Positions 1-9,700 of a DNA stretch of 43,424 nt are shown here, piece after piece. Position 1 is the first letter of the stretch. Each line of letters begins with the position of its first letter. The notes beneath the pieces were generated by a model, which saw only the letters and a list, made by a program, of their open reading frames with translations, was not told the origin of the DNA and made no database searches. The stretch is from Burkholderiales bacterium (lineage in GTDB: Bacteria > Pseudomonadota > Gammaproteobacteria > Burkholderiales > Burkholderiaceae_C), in contig JBBSRE010000001.1 in assembly GCA_038243365.1 (NCBI GenBank), positions 1 through 43,424 of the forward strand, written 5' to 3'. A program made the position numbers and the translations under genes.

Positions 1-1
1 C

Positions 2-673
2 ACGCTCATCGCCACGTTGATGGTGCACCTGGGCGACGCAGACGCCATGCTGTGCGGGCTGGTCGGCAAGTTCGACAACCACCTGCAGCACGTGCGCGAC
101 ATCTTCGGCCTGGAGCCGGGCATGCACACGCTGGCCACCGTCAACGCGCTCATGCTCGATCGGCATACCCTGTTCATCGCCGACACCTACATCAACGATG
201 AACCCGACGCCGAGCTGCTGGCCGAGATTGCCAAGATGGCTGCGGGCGTGGTGCAGGGCTTCGGCATGCCCCCCAGGGTAGCGTTCCTATCTCATTCGAA
301 TTACGGCTCCTCGAACCGGCCTTCAGCCCAGCGCATGCGCAAGGCACGCGATCTGTTCGCCGCTGCCGAGCCTGACATCGAATGCGACGGCGAGCTGCAC
401 GGTGACGCCGCTCTGTCGCAAAGCGTGCGTGCGCAGAGCCTGCTCGATTCGACCATGCAAGGCGCTGCCAACGTGCTGATCTGCCCGAATCTGGACGCCG
501 CGAATATCCTGTTCAACGTGCTCAAGACCACCGGCGGCCATGGCACCACCATCGGCCCGATCTTGCTGGGCGCGGCTGCCGCGGCGCATGTGCTAACGCC
601 TTCTTCCACAGTGCGGCGTGTCGTCAACATGACCGCGCTGGCTGCTGCGCAGGCGATCAAACGCAAGGGCTGA
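2..673 (+). CDS. maeB: NADP-dependent malic enzyme, C-terminal phosphotransacetylase-like domain (5'-truncated by window)
   Basis: Open frame from base 2; motifs GDADAMLCG, LSHSNYGS, DGELHGDAAL, PNLDAANI, GPILLG, RRVVNMTALA typical of the MaeB PTA domain. Confidence 0.9.
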   Translation, partial: TLIATLMVHLGDADAMLCGLVGKFDNHLQHVRDIFGLEPGMHTLATVNALMLDRHTLFIADTYINDEPDAELLAEIAKMAAGVVQGFGMPPRVAFLSHSNYGSSNRPSAQRMRKARDLFAAAEPDIECDGELHGDAALSQSVRAQSLLDSTMQGAANVLICPNLDAANILFNVLKTTGGHGTTIGPILLGAAAAAHVLTPSSTVRRVVNMTALAAAQAIKRKG

Positions 674-748
674 GGGGGACTGAGGCTTCAAGGCCTGGTC
701 GGCGTCGCAACCGAGGCGCTGGCCAGGTACGCCGAGCCTCGGCGCAGC

Positions 749-1801
749 TCAATTCGCTTCAGGTGTCGGATCGCGTTCCATGAGGCCAGCCACCACATCG
801 GCGGGCCGTTGGGTGCCGTCGAGCAAGGCCACCACTCCTTCGCTGATAGGCATCTCGACCCCCAGCTGGCGCGCGCGCTGCACCACCGTGCGGGCGCAGT
901 AGACGCCCTCCGCGACGTGGCCCAGCGACTCCACCGCTTGCGCCAACGTGTGACCTTGCGCCAGCAGCAATCCGACACGGCGGTTGCGCGACAGATCGCC
1001 CGTGGCGGTCAGCACCAGATCACCCAGGCCAGATAAACCCATGAACGTCTCCGCGCGGGCGCCCAGCGCAAGCCCCAGACGCGTCATTTCCGCCAGCCCG
1101 CGGGTGATCACGGCGGCGCGCGCGTTAAGCCCGAGGGCCAATCCGTCGCAGAGACCGGTGGCAATGGCCAGCACGTTTTTCACCGCGCCGCCTACTTCCA
1201 CGCCCACGATGTCGTCGTTGGCGTAGACGCGCACACTCGGGCTGTGGAATGCTCGCACCAAGACATCCCGCACCTGGGCGTGTTCACTCGCCGCTACCAG
1301 CGCCGTTGGGCTGGCCGCCGCGACTTCCTGCGCAAAGCTGGGGCCACTGAGCACGCCGGCATGCAACTGCGGCGCCACCTGGGCCAGAATTTCGTGGCCG
1401 AGCAGGCCGTCGACGCTGCTCTGCACGTCTGCGCCGGACGCATTCGCATTGCCGCCGCCTGCATGGGCTTCAAACCCCTTGCACAGCCACGCCACGGGTG
1501 CCTTGCAGTCGCGTAATTCCGTGAGCAGCGACCGCAAGCCGGCCATGGGCGACGCGAGCACCACCAGGTCAGCCTGGTCGCCGACCGTGCCCAGCGCCAT
1601 GTCGGCCGAGCTGGCGAGCTGCAGGGAGCCCGGGAAATGAGCGTCTGGCAAATAGCGCTGGTTGCTGCGCTCAGACTGCATGGCCCCGCATTGCGCCGCG
1701 CTGCGCGACCACAGCGTGACCGCATGTTCGAGTGGATGCGCGGCAGCACTGATGGCCACCGCCGTTCCCCAGGCGCCTGCGCCGATCACTACCATTTTCA
1801 T
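749..1801 (-). CDS. gpsA: NAD(P)H-dependent glycerol-3-phosphate dehydrogenase
   Basis: GAGAWGTA Rossmann motif, [40 protein letters not shown]; follows secB. Confidence 0.97.
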   Translation of the reverse strand: MKMVVIGAGAWGTAVAISAAAHPLEHAVTLWSRSAAQCGAMQSERSNQRYLPDAHFPGSLQLASSADMALGTVGDQADLVVLASPMAGLRSLLTELRDCKAPVAWLCKGFEAHAGGGNANASGADVQSSVDGLLGHEILAQVAPQLHAGVLSGPSFAQEVAAASPTALVAASEHAQVRDVLVRAFHSPSVRVYANDDIVGVEVGGAVKNVLAIATGLCDGLALGLNARAAVITRGLAEMTRLGLALGARAETFMGLSGLGDLVLTATGDLSRNRRVGLLLAQGHTLAQAVESLGHVAEGVYCARTVVQRARQLGVEMPISEGVVALLDGTQRPADVVAGLMERDPTPEAN

Positions 1802-1850
1802 AGCTTATCGCGCCCGGCCAGCAAGCTCTGCAGCCCGAAAACGCTCAAAA
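1788..1850 (+). repeat. Dispersed ~62-bp palindromic repeat, copy 1 (overlaps gpsA start codon)
   Basis: ACTACCATTTTCATAGC-TTATCGCGC-CCGGCCAGC-AAGCTCTGCAG; aligns without gaps to the other copies, closest to copy 4. Confidence 0.75.
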
Positions 1851-1864
1851 ACGCCAGCTGCAAA

Positions 1865-2329
1865 TTATTGCGGCAGGCTGGCGTTCTCGCCAGTGCCCGC
1901 GGTCTGCGTCTGCTGCTGTTGCTCGTACATCGCCTGGAAGTTGATCTCGGCCAGATGGACTGGTGGGAACCCGGCGCGGTTCACCAGATCGGCCACGTTG
2001 CCGCGCAGGTACGGGTACACGATCTGCGGGCACGCAATGCCCATGATCGGACCCATTTGGTCTTCAGGAATGTTGCGGATTTCAAAAATGCCAGCCTGCT
2101 TGGCTTCCACCAAAAACACCGTCTTGTCATTGATGCGCGTGTGCACGGTGGCCGTCACTGACACTTCGAAGATGCCTTCGCTGACCGGCGCGGCCTCGAC
2201 GCCTAACTGGATGTCCACGTTGGGCTGCTCGGACTCCAGCAAGATGCCGGGGGAGTTGGGTTGCTCCAGCGACAAGTCCTTCAGGTAAACGCGCTGGATC
2301 TGGAATACGGGGTTTTCTTCGGTGGCCAT
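1865..2329 (-). CDS. secB: Protein-export chaperone SecB
   Basis: [48 protein letters not shown]. Confidence 0.98.
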   Translation of the reverse strand: MATEENPVFQIQRVYLKDLSLEQPNSPGILLESEQPNVDIQLGVEAAPVSEGIFEVSVTATVHTRINDKTVFLVEAKQAGIFEIRNIPEDQMGPIMGIACPQIVYPYLRGNVADLVNRAGFPPVHLAEINFQAMYEQQQQTQTAGTGENASLPQ

Positions 2330-2378
2330 GGTGCAGTCTCTTTCAGCTCAATCCGGCCCGGCGACAAGCGGCAGGCCC

Positions 2379-2416
2379 AAAAAACAAAATCCGCCGGGGA
2401 GCAACTCCCACAGCGG
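2379..2416 (-). terminator. Putative intrinsic terminator/attenuator between grxC and secB
   Basis: Minus strand reads CCGCTGTGGGAG-TTG-CTCCCCGGCGG followed by ATTTTGTTTTTT. Confidence 0.5.
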
Positions 2417-2430
2417 TCACATGCGGCGAA

Positions 2431-2691
2431 TTATGCCGCGCCAAGCAGCGGCATCAGCTCGCCCTTGCCATCCAGAGCGACGAGCTCATCGTGTCCGCCG
2501 ACATGCGTTTCTCCAATGAAAATCTGCGGCACAGTGCGCCGGCCGGTGATCTCCATCATATGCATGCGAGCGTCCGGATCGGTGTCGATCCGAATCTCTT
2601 CAATGGTCTCGACACCCTTGGATTTAAGAATTTGCTTGGCGCGCGTGCAGTAGGGGCAGACGCCCGTGGTGTACATCTTGACGGGTTGCAT
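2431..2691 (-). CDS. grxC: Glutaredoxin 3
   Basis: CPYC active site, RTVPQIFIG, GGHDEL; start at MQPVKMY preceded by AAAGGAAA. Confidence 0.96.
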   Translation of the reverse strand: MQPVKMYTTGVCPYCTRAKQILKSKGVETIEEIRIDTDPDARMHMMEITGRRTVPQIFIGETHVGGHDELVALDGKGELMPLLGAA

Positions 2692-2807
2692 GGTATTTCC
2701 TTTCAAACGCATGTAGGGACGGGTGGCGGCATTGCCAGGGCATCACGTCCGGCGAACCAGCATGAACCGGTATCCATGCCGCGATAACGGGCTGGAGCGG
2801 GCTGGAG

Positions 2808-3215
2808 CTATGCCTTTTCGATGGGCAGATTCGCGTCTCGCCAGGCTTTGAGCCCACCCGAGAGAATCTGAACGTTCGAATAACCAAGCTTGCGCGCCAC
2901 GGCCGCCGCGCGGCCCGCGCGGTTACCGGTCGGGCACACCAGAACCAGGGGGAGCGCCTTGTTCTTCACGGACACAGGTAGGCGAGATTCGAAATCATCA
3001 AGCGGAAGATGTCGCGAGCCCACGGCGTGGCCACTGGCGAATTGCTCGCCACTGCTCACGTCGATCAGCACGCCTTTTTCTCGGTTGACCACCTGCACGG
3101 CCTGCGCCGGCGTGAGGCCTTGGCCGGTGCCGCCCTTGATCAACGGCACGAGCAGCATGGCGCCTGAACCGATGGCCAAGACAAACAGATACCAGTTGTC
3201 GACGATGAAATTCAC
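2808..3215 (-). CDS. Rhodanese-like domain membrane protein (YibN-like)
   Basis: N-terminal TM helix, LIDV, GH, LVC and LSGGLKAW motifs; conserved position upstream of grxC-secB-gpsA. Confidence 0.9.
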   Translation of the reverse strand: MNFIVDNWYLFVLAIGSGAMLLVPLIKGGTGQGLTPAQAVQVVNREKGVLIDVSSGEQFASGHAVGSRHLPLDDFESRLPVSVKNKALPLVLVCPTGNRAGRAAAVARKLGYSNVQILSGGLKAWRDANLPIEKA

Positions 3216-3287
3216 AGGATTCCTTGGTTTGCTAAGCCTGCAATTTTAGAATGCGAAGTTTTGACCCGCAGGAATACAGGCCATCGC

Positions 3288-4031
3288 ATGCACAAGCTCG
3301 TACTTATCCGCCACGGCGAATCCACTTGGAACCTCGACAATCGCTTCACCGGCTGGACCGATGTGGCCCTGACCGAGACCGGTGTTGCGCAAGCCAAGAT
3401 GGCAGGAGCCTTGCTGCGCGACGGGGGCTACGAGTTCGACGTAGCGTTCACCAGCGTGCTCAAGCGGGCTATCCATACGCTCTGGCATTGCCTCGACGCC
3501 ATGGACCGCACTTGGGTACCCGTGACCAAGGACTGGCGCCTCAACGAGCGCCACTATGGAGCGTTGCAAGGCCTCAACAAGGCCGAGACAGCTCAAAAGT
3601 TCGGCGATGAGCAAGTGTTGATCTGGCGCCGAAGCTACGGCACCCCGCCGCCAGCCCTTGAACCCGGCGATAGCCGAAGCGAGCGCAGCGACCCGCGCTA
3701 TGCGGGCCTTGAGCGCCACCAGATTCCGCTAACGGAATGCCTGGAGGACACCGTGGAGCGCGTGATGCCGTTTTGGAACGATACGCTGGCGCCTGCCATC
3801 CGGTCTGGCCAGCGGGTGGCCGTGTCAGCGCATGGCAACTCCATCCGCGCGCTGGTGAAGTACCTCGACGGGATCTCGGATGACGATATCGTCGGACTGA
3901 ACATACCGAACGGTATTCCGCTCGTGTACGAGCTGGACGACCAGCTTAAACCCCTGCGCCACTACTACCTGGGCGATGCCCAAGCCGCCGAAATGGCTAC
4001 AGCGGCCGTTGCGGCCCAAGGGCAGAACTGA
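3288..4031 (+). CDS. gpmA: 2,3-bisphosphoglycerate-dependent phosphoglycerate mutase
   Basis: [35 protein letters not shown]; start taken at MHKLV. Confidence 0.98.
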   Translation: MHKLVLIRHGESTWNLDNRFTGWTDVALTETGVAQAKMAGALLRDGGYEFDVAFTSVLKRAIHTLWHCLDAMDRTWVPVTKDWRLNERHYGALQGLNKAETAQKFGDEQVLIWRRSYGTPPPALEPGDSRSERSDPRYAGLERHQIPLTECLEDTVERVMPFWNDTLAPAIRSGQRVAVSAHGNSIRALVKYLDGISDDDIVGLNIPNGIPLVYELDDQLKPLRHYYLGDAQAAEMATAAVAAQGQN

Positions 4032-4137
4032 ATTTCGCTGGCGCGGGAACCCCTCACGACCAAGCGCTTCCAAGAAGCGTGCGGGAAAGAACGTGCGTGA
4101 GTACTGCGGTGTATATTGAATTGGTCAAAGGGGATGT

Positions 4138-5574
4138 ATGGGCCAGAAATTGAAAATTACCGGGTTGGTGGGCATTGGCGTCTTAGCCGGTGCACTAACC
4201 ACCGTTTCGCTGCAGACTGTGGCGCGCGGAGCCATGTCTCCGTTGCCACTGGAGGAAATTCAGCAGCTGTCAGCCGTTTTTGGGCTGGTCAAAACAGACT
4301 ATGTTGAACCGGTCGACGACAAGAAGCTGATCACCAATGCCATATCCGGCATGGTTTCGAGCTTAGACCCGCACTCACAATATTTCGACAAAAAGTCGTT
4401 CTCTGAATTCCGCGAGGGCACCTCGGGCCGGTTTGTCGGCCTTGGAATCGAGATCACGCAGGAAAACGGGCTGATCAAGATCGTCTCGCCCATCGAGGGT
4501 TCGCCAGCGTTTCGCGCTGGCCTGAAAACGAATGACCTCATCACCATGATCGATGAGACGCCCGTCAAGAGTCTCTCGCTGAGCGAGGCGGTCAAGCGAA
4601 TGCGTGGGGAGCCCAATACACAGGTCACGATCACTATCCTGCGCAAAGACGAGAGTCGGACGTTCCCGGTCACGATCACGCGGGAAGAAATCAAGACGCA
4701 ATCGGTGAAGGGCAAGGTCATCGAGCCCGGTTATGGCTGGATTCGCGTCACGCAGTTCCAGGATCGCACCGTGGAAGACTTTGTGCGCAAGGCGCAAGAA
4801 CTCTACAAGCAGGAACCGCGGCTCAAGGGCCTGGTACTGGATCTGCGCAACGACCCCGGCGGCTTGCTCGACGGGGCTGTTGCCATTTCAGCGGCCTTCC
4901 TGCCGGCCGATGTGACGGTCGTGACCACCAACGGTCAGCTGCCTGAGAGCAAGGCCACTTATACGGCTTCGCCAGAATTTTATGCCCGCCGCGGCAGCGA
5001 CCCATTGCGTGGCCTGCCTCCGGCGCTCAAGAGCGTGCCGCTGGTGGTGCTGGTCAACGAAGGCTCGGCTTCAGCCAGTGAAATCGTGGCCGGCGCCCTG
5101 CAAGACCACAAACGCGCGATCGTGATGGGCAGTCAGACCTTCGGCAAGGGCTCGGTCCAGACGGTACGCCCCCTCGGTCCGGACACGGGCATCAAGTTGA
5201 CCACCGCGCGTTACTACACGCCCAGCGGCAAATCTATCCAAGCAAAGGGAATCATCCCCGATGTGCTGATTGATGAGACCGCTGATGGGAATCTGTTTGC
5301 GGCCCTGCGCATGCGCGAAGCCGATCTCGACAAACATCTGATGAGCGGCCAAGGTGCAGAGGTGAAAGATGTGGCACGCGAGCAAGCCCGAGAGGAGGCC
5401 CGCAAGCGCCTCGAAGAAGAGGCGAAGAAGCCTCTCTCGGAGCGTCGCGCCCCGGAATTCGGCACCGAAAAAGACTTTCCGCTTCAGCAGGCCCTGAACC
5501 AGTTGCGCGGCCAGCCGGTCGTGGTCAGCAAGACTCAAACCGAACGCAAGGAAGAGAAAAAAGAAACGCCGTGA
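4138..5574 (+). CDS. ctpA: Carboxyl-terminal processing protease, S41 family (PDZ + peptidase)
   Basis: LDPHS, GLGIEI PDZ, LDLRNDPGGLL, SASASEIVAGALQD, TFGKGSVQ. Confidence 0.95.
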   Translation: MGQKLKITGLVGIGVLAGALTTVSLQTVARGAMSPLPLEEIQQLSAVFGLVKTDYVEPVDDKKLITNAISGMVSSLDPHSQYFDKKSFSEFREGTSGRFVGLGIEITQENGLIKIVSPIEGSPAFRAGLKTNDLITMIDETPVKSLSLSEAVKRMRGEPNTQVTITILRKDESRTFPVTITREEIKTQSVKGKVIEPGYGWIRVTQFQDRTVEDFVRKAQELYKQEPRLKGLVLDLRNDPGGLLDGAVAISAAFLPADVTVVTTNGQLPESKATYTASPEFYARRGSDPLRGLPPALKSVPLVVLVNEGSASASEIVAGALQDHKRAIVMGSQTFGKGSVQTVRPLGPDTGIKLTTARYYTPSGKSIQAKGIIPDVLIDETADGNLFAALRMREADLDKHLMSGQGAEVKDVAREQAREEARKRLEEEAKKPLSERRAPEFGTEKDFPLQQALNQLRGQPVVVSKTQTERKEEKKETP

Positions 5575-5594
5575 GCGGCGTTGCGCTCCGATCC

Positions 5595-5627
5595 GGGCTG
5601 GCAGGCTAAGCGCTTGCCGGCCCTTTT
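5595..5627 (+). terminator. Putative intrinsic terminator after ctpA
   Basis: GGGCTGGCAGGC...GCTTGCCGGCCC stem followed by TTTT. Confidence 0.45.
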
Positions 5628-5690
5628 CGTTGCTGCCTCGGCAGCGTGTGTGCGAGCAAGAAGACGGGCGTGCTGCCCCAGAGATCACCG

Positions 5691-6446
5691 ATGACAGACG
5701 ACCAACTTCTGCGCTACTCGCGCCACATCCTTCTCGATGACATCGGCATCGAAGGACAGGAGCGTATTCTCGCCAGCCACGTCCTGGTGATTGGTGCGGG
5801 CGGCCTGGGATCGCCGGCATTGCTGTACCTGGCTGCAGCCGGCGTTGGGCACATCACGCTGGTGGACGACGATGCGGTAGACCTGACCAATCTGCAGCGC
5901 CAGATCGCACACACCACCGGCCGCATCGGTGTGCCCAAGGTGACCTCTGCAGAGCAGGCCATGCAGGCGCTGAACCCAGACGTTCGCATCCACGCGCGAT
6001 CGCTGCGCGTCGATGCTACGGCGCTGGACCGCTTGGTCCCTAGCGCGGATGTGGTGCTCGACTGCACCGACAACTATGCGACTCGTCAGGCTGTGAACGC
6101 GGCCTGCGTGCGGCATCGCCGCCCGTTGGTCACAGGCGCCGCCATCCGTTTCGATGCCCAACTGACCGTCTTCGATCCTGGCGTCGCAAGCAGCCCTTGC
6201 TACGCCTGCCTTTTTTCGCCCCACGCAAACTTTGAGGACGCCGCTTGCTCCACACTCGGCGTGCTCGGGCCGTTGGTTGGGGTGGTGGGTGCCATGCAGG
6301 CCGCCGAGGCACTCAAGCTCCTGGTGGGGGCTGGCACTTCGTTAGCGGGGCAGCTTTTACTGCTGGACGGGCGGACGATGGCCTGGACCCGCGTAAAAAC
6401 GTCCCGCGATCCGGCGTGCCCGGTGTGCAGCGGGATTTCACCTTAA
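5691..6446 (+). CDS. moeB: HesA/MoeB/ThiF family adenylyltransferase
   Basis: RYSRHILL, GAGGLG, DLTNLQRQ, CTDN, CYAC and CPVC Zn motifs; start at MTDDQL. Confidence 0.88.
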   Translation: MTDDQLLRYSRHILLDDIGIEGQERILASHVLVIGAGGLGSPALLYLAAAGVGHITLVDDDAVDLTNLQRQIAHTTGRIGVPKVTSAEQAMQALNPDVRIHARSLRVDATALDRLVPSADVVLDCTDNYATRQAVNAACVRHRRPLVTGAAIRFDAQLTVFDPGVASSPCYACLFSPHANFEDAACSTLGVLGPLVGVVGAMQAAEALKLLVGAGTSLAGQLLLLDGRTMAWTRVKTSRDPACPVCSGISP

Positions 6447-6560
6447 GCATCCTGCTGTCCTCACGGCGCGGGCAATTCCCGTGAGAAGTGGGAGCGCGGG
6501 TTGCCGCACTTAGCTTGATCCTGCATATCTCACCGCACGACGAGATGTAAAAGACACCGT

Positions 6561-6578
6561 CGTAGGAGATGCCTTACG
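6561..6578. promoter_or_regulatory. Putative GacA/UvrY-like operator (box 1)
   Basis: CGTAGG-AGATGC-CTTACG: 18-bp imperfect inverted repeat with the TGTAAG-N6-CTTACA geometry, ~100 bp upstream of the single-domain regulator. Confidence 0.45.
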
Positions 6579-6680
6579 CACCCCCCGCACAAGCGCTGTC
6601 AAAATTGAACACTCACACTGATTAGACTTTCACAAACGAAAGAAGGCGCATCTCGCCGGCTGTGCAACGGATCTCTCCAC

Positions 6681-7085
6681 GTGAAACTTAAAACCTATAT
6701 CGTTGAAGACAATGCCACCATCCGCGAGAACCTCATCGGGACCTTGGAGGAGCTTGCCACCATTGAGCCCGTAGGTGCGGCAGAGACTGAAGACGACGGA
6801 AAAGCCTGGCTGACCAACCAGAGTGCAGACTGGGATCTTGCCATCGTCGACTTGTTTCTTCGCCAGGGAAGCGGGCTTGGGGTAATCGCGGCATGCCGCC
6901 AACGCAAATCCCATCAGCGCGTGGTGGTACTGAGCAACTACGCCACGCCAGATGTGCGCATGCGCTGCGCGCAGCTGGGAGTGGACGCCGTTTTCGATAA
7001 ATCCAACGAGATCGACGCCTTGGTCGATTACTGCATTGCTCAATCGGCCGGCCGGAGTGCGGGCGCCGCCAGCCCACACTCCTGA
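6681..7085 (+). CDS. Single-domain response regulator (receiver only)
   Basis: YIVEDN, LAIVDLFL (phospho-Asp), VVVLS, FDKS. Confidence 0.9.
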   Translation: MKLKTYIVEDNATIRENLIGTLEELATIEPVGAAETEDDGKAWLTNQSADWDLAIVDLFLRQGSGLGVIAACRQRKSHQRVVVLSNYATPDVRMRCAQLGVDAVFDKSNEIDALVDYCIAQSAGRSAGAASPHS

Positions 7086-7129
7086 ACACCGTGGGTGCAC
7101 TCTGCAAGGGCCGCAGCCCCTTGCGTCGC

Positions 7130-7762
7130 TCAGTCGATCAGCCGGTTCTTCAGTGCGTAGTAAGTCAAGTCGCTGTTCGAACTCAGCGCCATCTTTTCCA
7201 TCAAGCGCGTGCGATAAGTGCTCACTGTTTTCACACTGAGAGAGAGCGACTTCGCAATGTCACCGGCGGTCTCGCCGCGGGCAAGCTTCAGGAAAACCTG
7301 AAACTCACGCTCGGACAGCTGCTCGTGCGGCGGCGCGTCGTCCTTGCGGTTCAGTTGCTGAGCCAACAACTCGGCAACCGAGGGCGTCAGGTAGCGTCGA
7401 CCCAGGGCAACCGTGCGAATGGCTTCGACGATTTCCTTGGGTTCGCATTCCTTGTTCAGGTAGCCACTTGCGCCTTGACGAATCAGCGAAATGGCGTAGT
7501 GCTCTTCTGGGTAGCCGCTCAAAATCAAAATACCCATGTCAGGCGCCTTCGCGCGCAACATCGCCAGGGCATCAAGCCCGCTCTGTCCCGGCATAGCCAA
7601 GTCCATCAAAAGCACATCGATCTCTTCGGCGCGAATGAGGTCAATCGCCTCACGTCCGTTGCCTGCCTCTCCCACCACGCGCAGGTCCACGTGCTCCGAG
7701 AGAAATTGCCTCAATCCAGAACGGACGATCGCGTGGTCATCGACAATTCCGATGTTGATCAT
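7130..7762 (-). CDS. NarL/FixJ family DNA-binding response regulator (UvrY/GacA-like)
   Basis: REC domain (IVDDHAIVRSGL, LLMDLAMP) plus LuxR HTH LSEREFQVF...SLSVKTVSTYRTRLMEK. Confidence 0.95.
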   Translation of the reverse strand: MINIGIVDDHAIVRSGLRQFLSEHVDLRVVGEAGNGREAIDLIRAEEIDVLLMDLAMPGQSGLDALAMLRAKAPDMGILILSGYPEEHYAISLIRQGASGYLNKECEPKEIVEAIRTVALGRRYLTPSVAELLAQQLNRKDDAPPHEQLSEREFQVFLKLARGETAGDIAKSLSLSVKTVSTYRTRLMEKMALSSNSDLTYYALKNRLID

Positions 7763-7896
7763 GGTGGATCTTTCCGGGCGCTCTTTTTCGCCCTGTTGAG
7801 TGAGATTCGGCTGGTCGCCGACGTGCTGGCAGCTCGCCAGCCATGCATTCCATTATCCCGAATTTGACGCGCGCGTTCGCAGAACAGGACTTTCCC

Positions 7897-9267
7897 ATGC
7901 AGTGGTCACAATTCAAGAGAATCGCGTTCAGCTTTCCCATCGCGGTGTTTGCCACGCTGACGCTGGTCGCGATCAATGAGGCTGGTTTCCGCAGTTCGGT
8001 AGGTGCGCTGGAGCACATGGCACAGAAGCAGAACCTGCGCAACTCGGTGACGCAGTTGCTTCAAAGCATGCTCGATGCCGAAACCGGCAACCGTGGCTAC
8101 TTGCTCACGGGCGATGAGCGTTATCTGGAGCCCTATGAACAAGCGATATCGACGGTCAACGCCAACCTGGACCAGGTGCGCGCTCTGGTCGTAGCGTCCA
8201 CGGCAGATCTGTCTGAGTTTGCACAGCTGTCCCGGCAGGTGTCGCGCAAACTCTCCGAAATGGACCTCAGCCTGCGCCTTCGCCGTCAAGGCAATGAGGA
8301 CGCATGGAAATTTGTCCTGTCCACCGATGTCGGCTTGGAAAACATGCAGGCCGTCCGTCAGCACGCCAAAGCCTTGATCGGATCCGCCAGCGCAGAAGTG
8401 ACCAACACACAGGCTGAGATCAAAGACTCGCTCACGCTTGCGCGACTGGGGATTGCCGCCGTCAGTGCCATCGGCTTGCTGGCGTTCGCCATGTACCTGC
8501 GCCAAACCACCGCACTGCAAAAATCTACCGAACGCGAGCAGGCTTCATTGGAAGCCGAGCGCGAGCGGCTTGAGGGGCTGGTTCGAGCGCGTACCGAGTC
8601 ACTCTCCGAGCTGGCCAACCACTTGCAACAAGTTCGTGAGGACGAGCGTGGCCACTTGGCGCGAGAACTGCACGACGAACTCGGAGCGCTGCTCACGGCA
8701 GCCAAGCTCGATGTGGCACGCCTGAAGTCCAAGCTGAGCAGCGAGGCGCCGGATGTGGCCGACCGCATTCAGCACCTGAGCGAGACGCTCAATGGCGTGA
8801 TTTCTCTCAAGCGCCGGATCATCGAAGATCTGCGCCCCTCATCGCTCTCCAACCTGGGCTTGACGGCGGCGCTCGAAATTCTCACACGCGAATTCGCGGA
8901 CCGGGCCAGCCTCGACGTACAGATCAACGTGGAGCCCGTGACCCTGTCGGAAGGCACCAAGTTGACGATTTACCGCATGGTGCAGGAATCGCTCAACAAC
9001 ATCGCCAAGTACGCCGCTGCGAGCCAAGTGTTGGTGACGGTGCACAACTACCCTACGCACGTCGCGGTGCAGATCCGTGACGATGGCACAGGCTTCGATC
9101 TGGCGGACGTCGGCCGTAACTCGCATGGTCTGCTCGGCATGAAACACAGGGTGGAGTCAGCAGGAGGAAAATTGACCATCACGTCTTCTAAAGGCTCTGG
9201 CACTCTTGTCTCGGCCGTGATACCCGTCGAAACGAGTGCGCCCGCCCTGGAAGACGCTAGCGCCTGA
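7897..9267 (+). CDS. CHASE3-domain sensor histidine kinase (HisKA_3 class)
   Basis: TM-CHASE3 (LDAETGNRGYLLTGDERYLEPY)-TM, ARELHDELG H-box, QESLNNIAKY, DDGTGF, GLLGMKHR; alternative start at 7843. Confidence 0.93.
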   Translation: MQWSQFKRIAFSFPIAVFATLTLVAINEAGFRSSVGALEHMAQKQNLRNSVTQLLQSMLDAETGNRGYLLTGDERYLEPYEQAISTVNANLDQVRALVVASTADLSEFAQLSRQVSRKLSEMDLSLRLRRQGNEDAWKFVLSTDVGLENMQAVRQHAKALIGSASAEVTNTQAEIKDSLTLARLGIAAVSAIGLLAFAMYLRQTTALQKSTEREQASLEAERERLEGLVRARTESLSELANHLQQVREDERGHLARELHDELGALLTAAKLDVARLKSKLSSEAPDVADRIQHLSETLNGVISLKRRIIEDLRPSSLSNLGLTAALEILTREFADRASLDVQINVEPVTLSEGTKLTIYRMVQESLNNIAKYAAASQVLVTVHNYPTHVAVQIRDDGTGFDLADVGRNSHGLLGMKHRVESAGGKLTITSSKGSGTLVSAVIPVETSAPALEDASA

Positions 9268-9312
9268 GTGTGGCAGCAAGTCTGGGCGGGGCAGGTACTT
9301 TGGCATGCGCCA

Positions 9313-9354
9313 CGTAGGCGAACACTGACAGCCGGCACAGCGTCGACGCTGACA
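9313..9354. promoter_or_regulatory. Putative GacA/UvrY-like operator (box 2) plus a second half-site
   Basis: CGTAGG-CGAACA-CTGACA (9313-9330), same geometry as 6561-6578; a second CTGACA 24 bp downstream overlaps the palindrome CAGCGTCGACGCTG. Confidence 0.45.
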
Positions 9355-9476
9355 AACGCTGGCGTTGGCTCCTTGCACTTTGAGCCTGGTGCGAGTCATA
9401 CAGTACGAGTCAAGCGCTTCGGCGGATTCGAAGCACACCCCGTTTAGCCGCAAGCGCGGCGCCTAGGAGTTGAGTC

Positions 9477-9641
9477 ATGTTGCATTACGCAGTCGTATTT
9501 CTGGTCATTGCGCTTATCGCAGCGGTATTCGGCTTTGGTGGTATCGCCGCAGGTGCGGTTGGCATTGCCAAAATTCTTTTCTTCGTCTTCGTGGTACTGG
9601 CCGTGCTTACCTTTGTCGCCAGCCTGTTTCGCCGCGGATAG
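9477..9641 (+). CDS. DUF1328 (UPF0391/YtjA-like) small membrane protein, 54 aa, absent from the ORF track
   Basis: [54 protein letters not shown], preceded by SD AGGAG. Confidence 0.93.
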   Translation: MLHYAVVFLVIALIAAVFGFGGIAAGAVGIAKILFFVFVVLAVLTFVASLFRRG

Positions 9642-9700
9642 GCGCGAAAAAGACCTCTCTGACGAAGCCCTCCATCCCTCGCAACTAATCAGGACGCACT

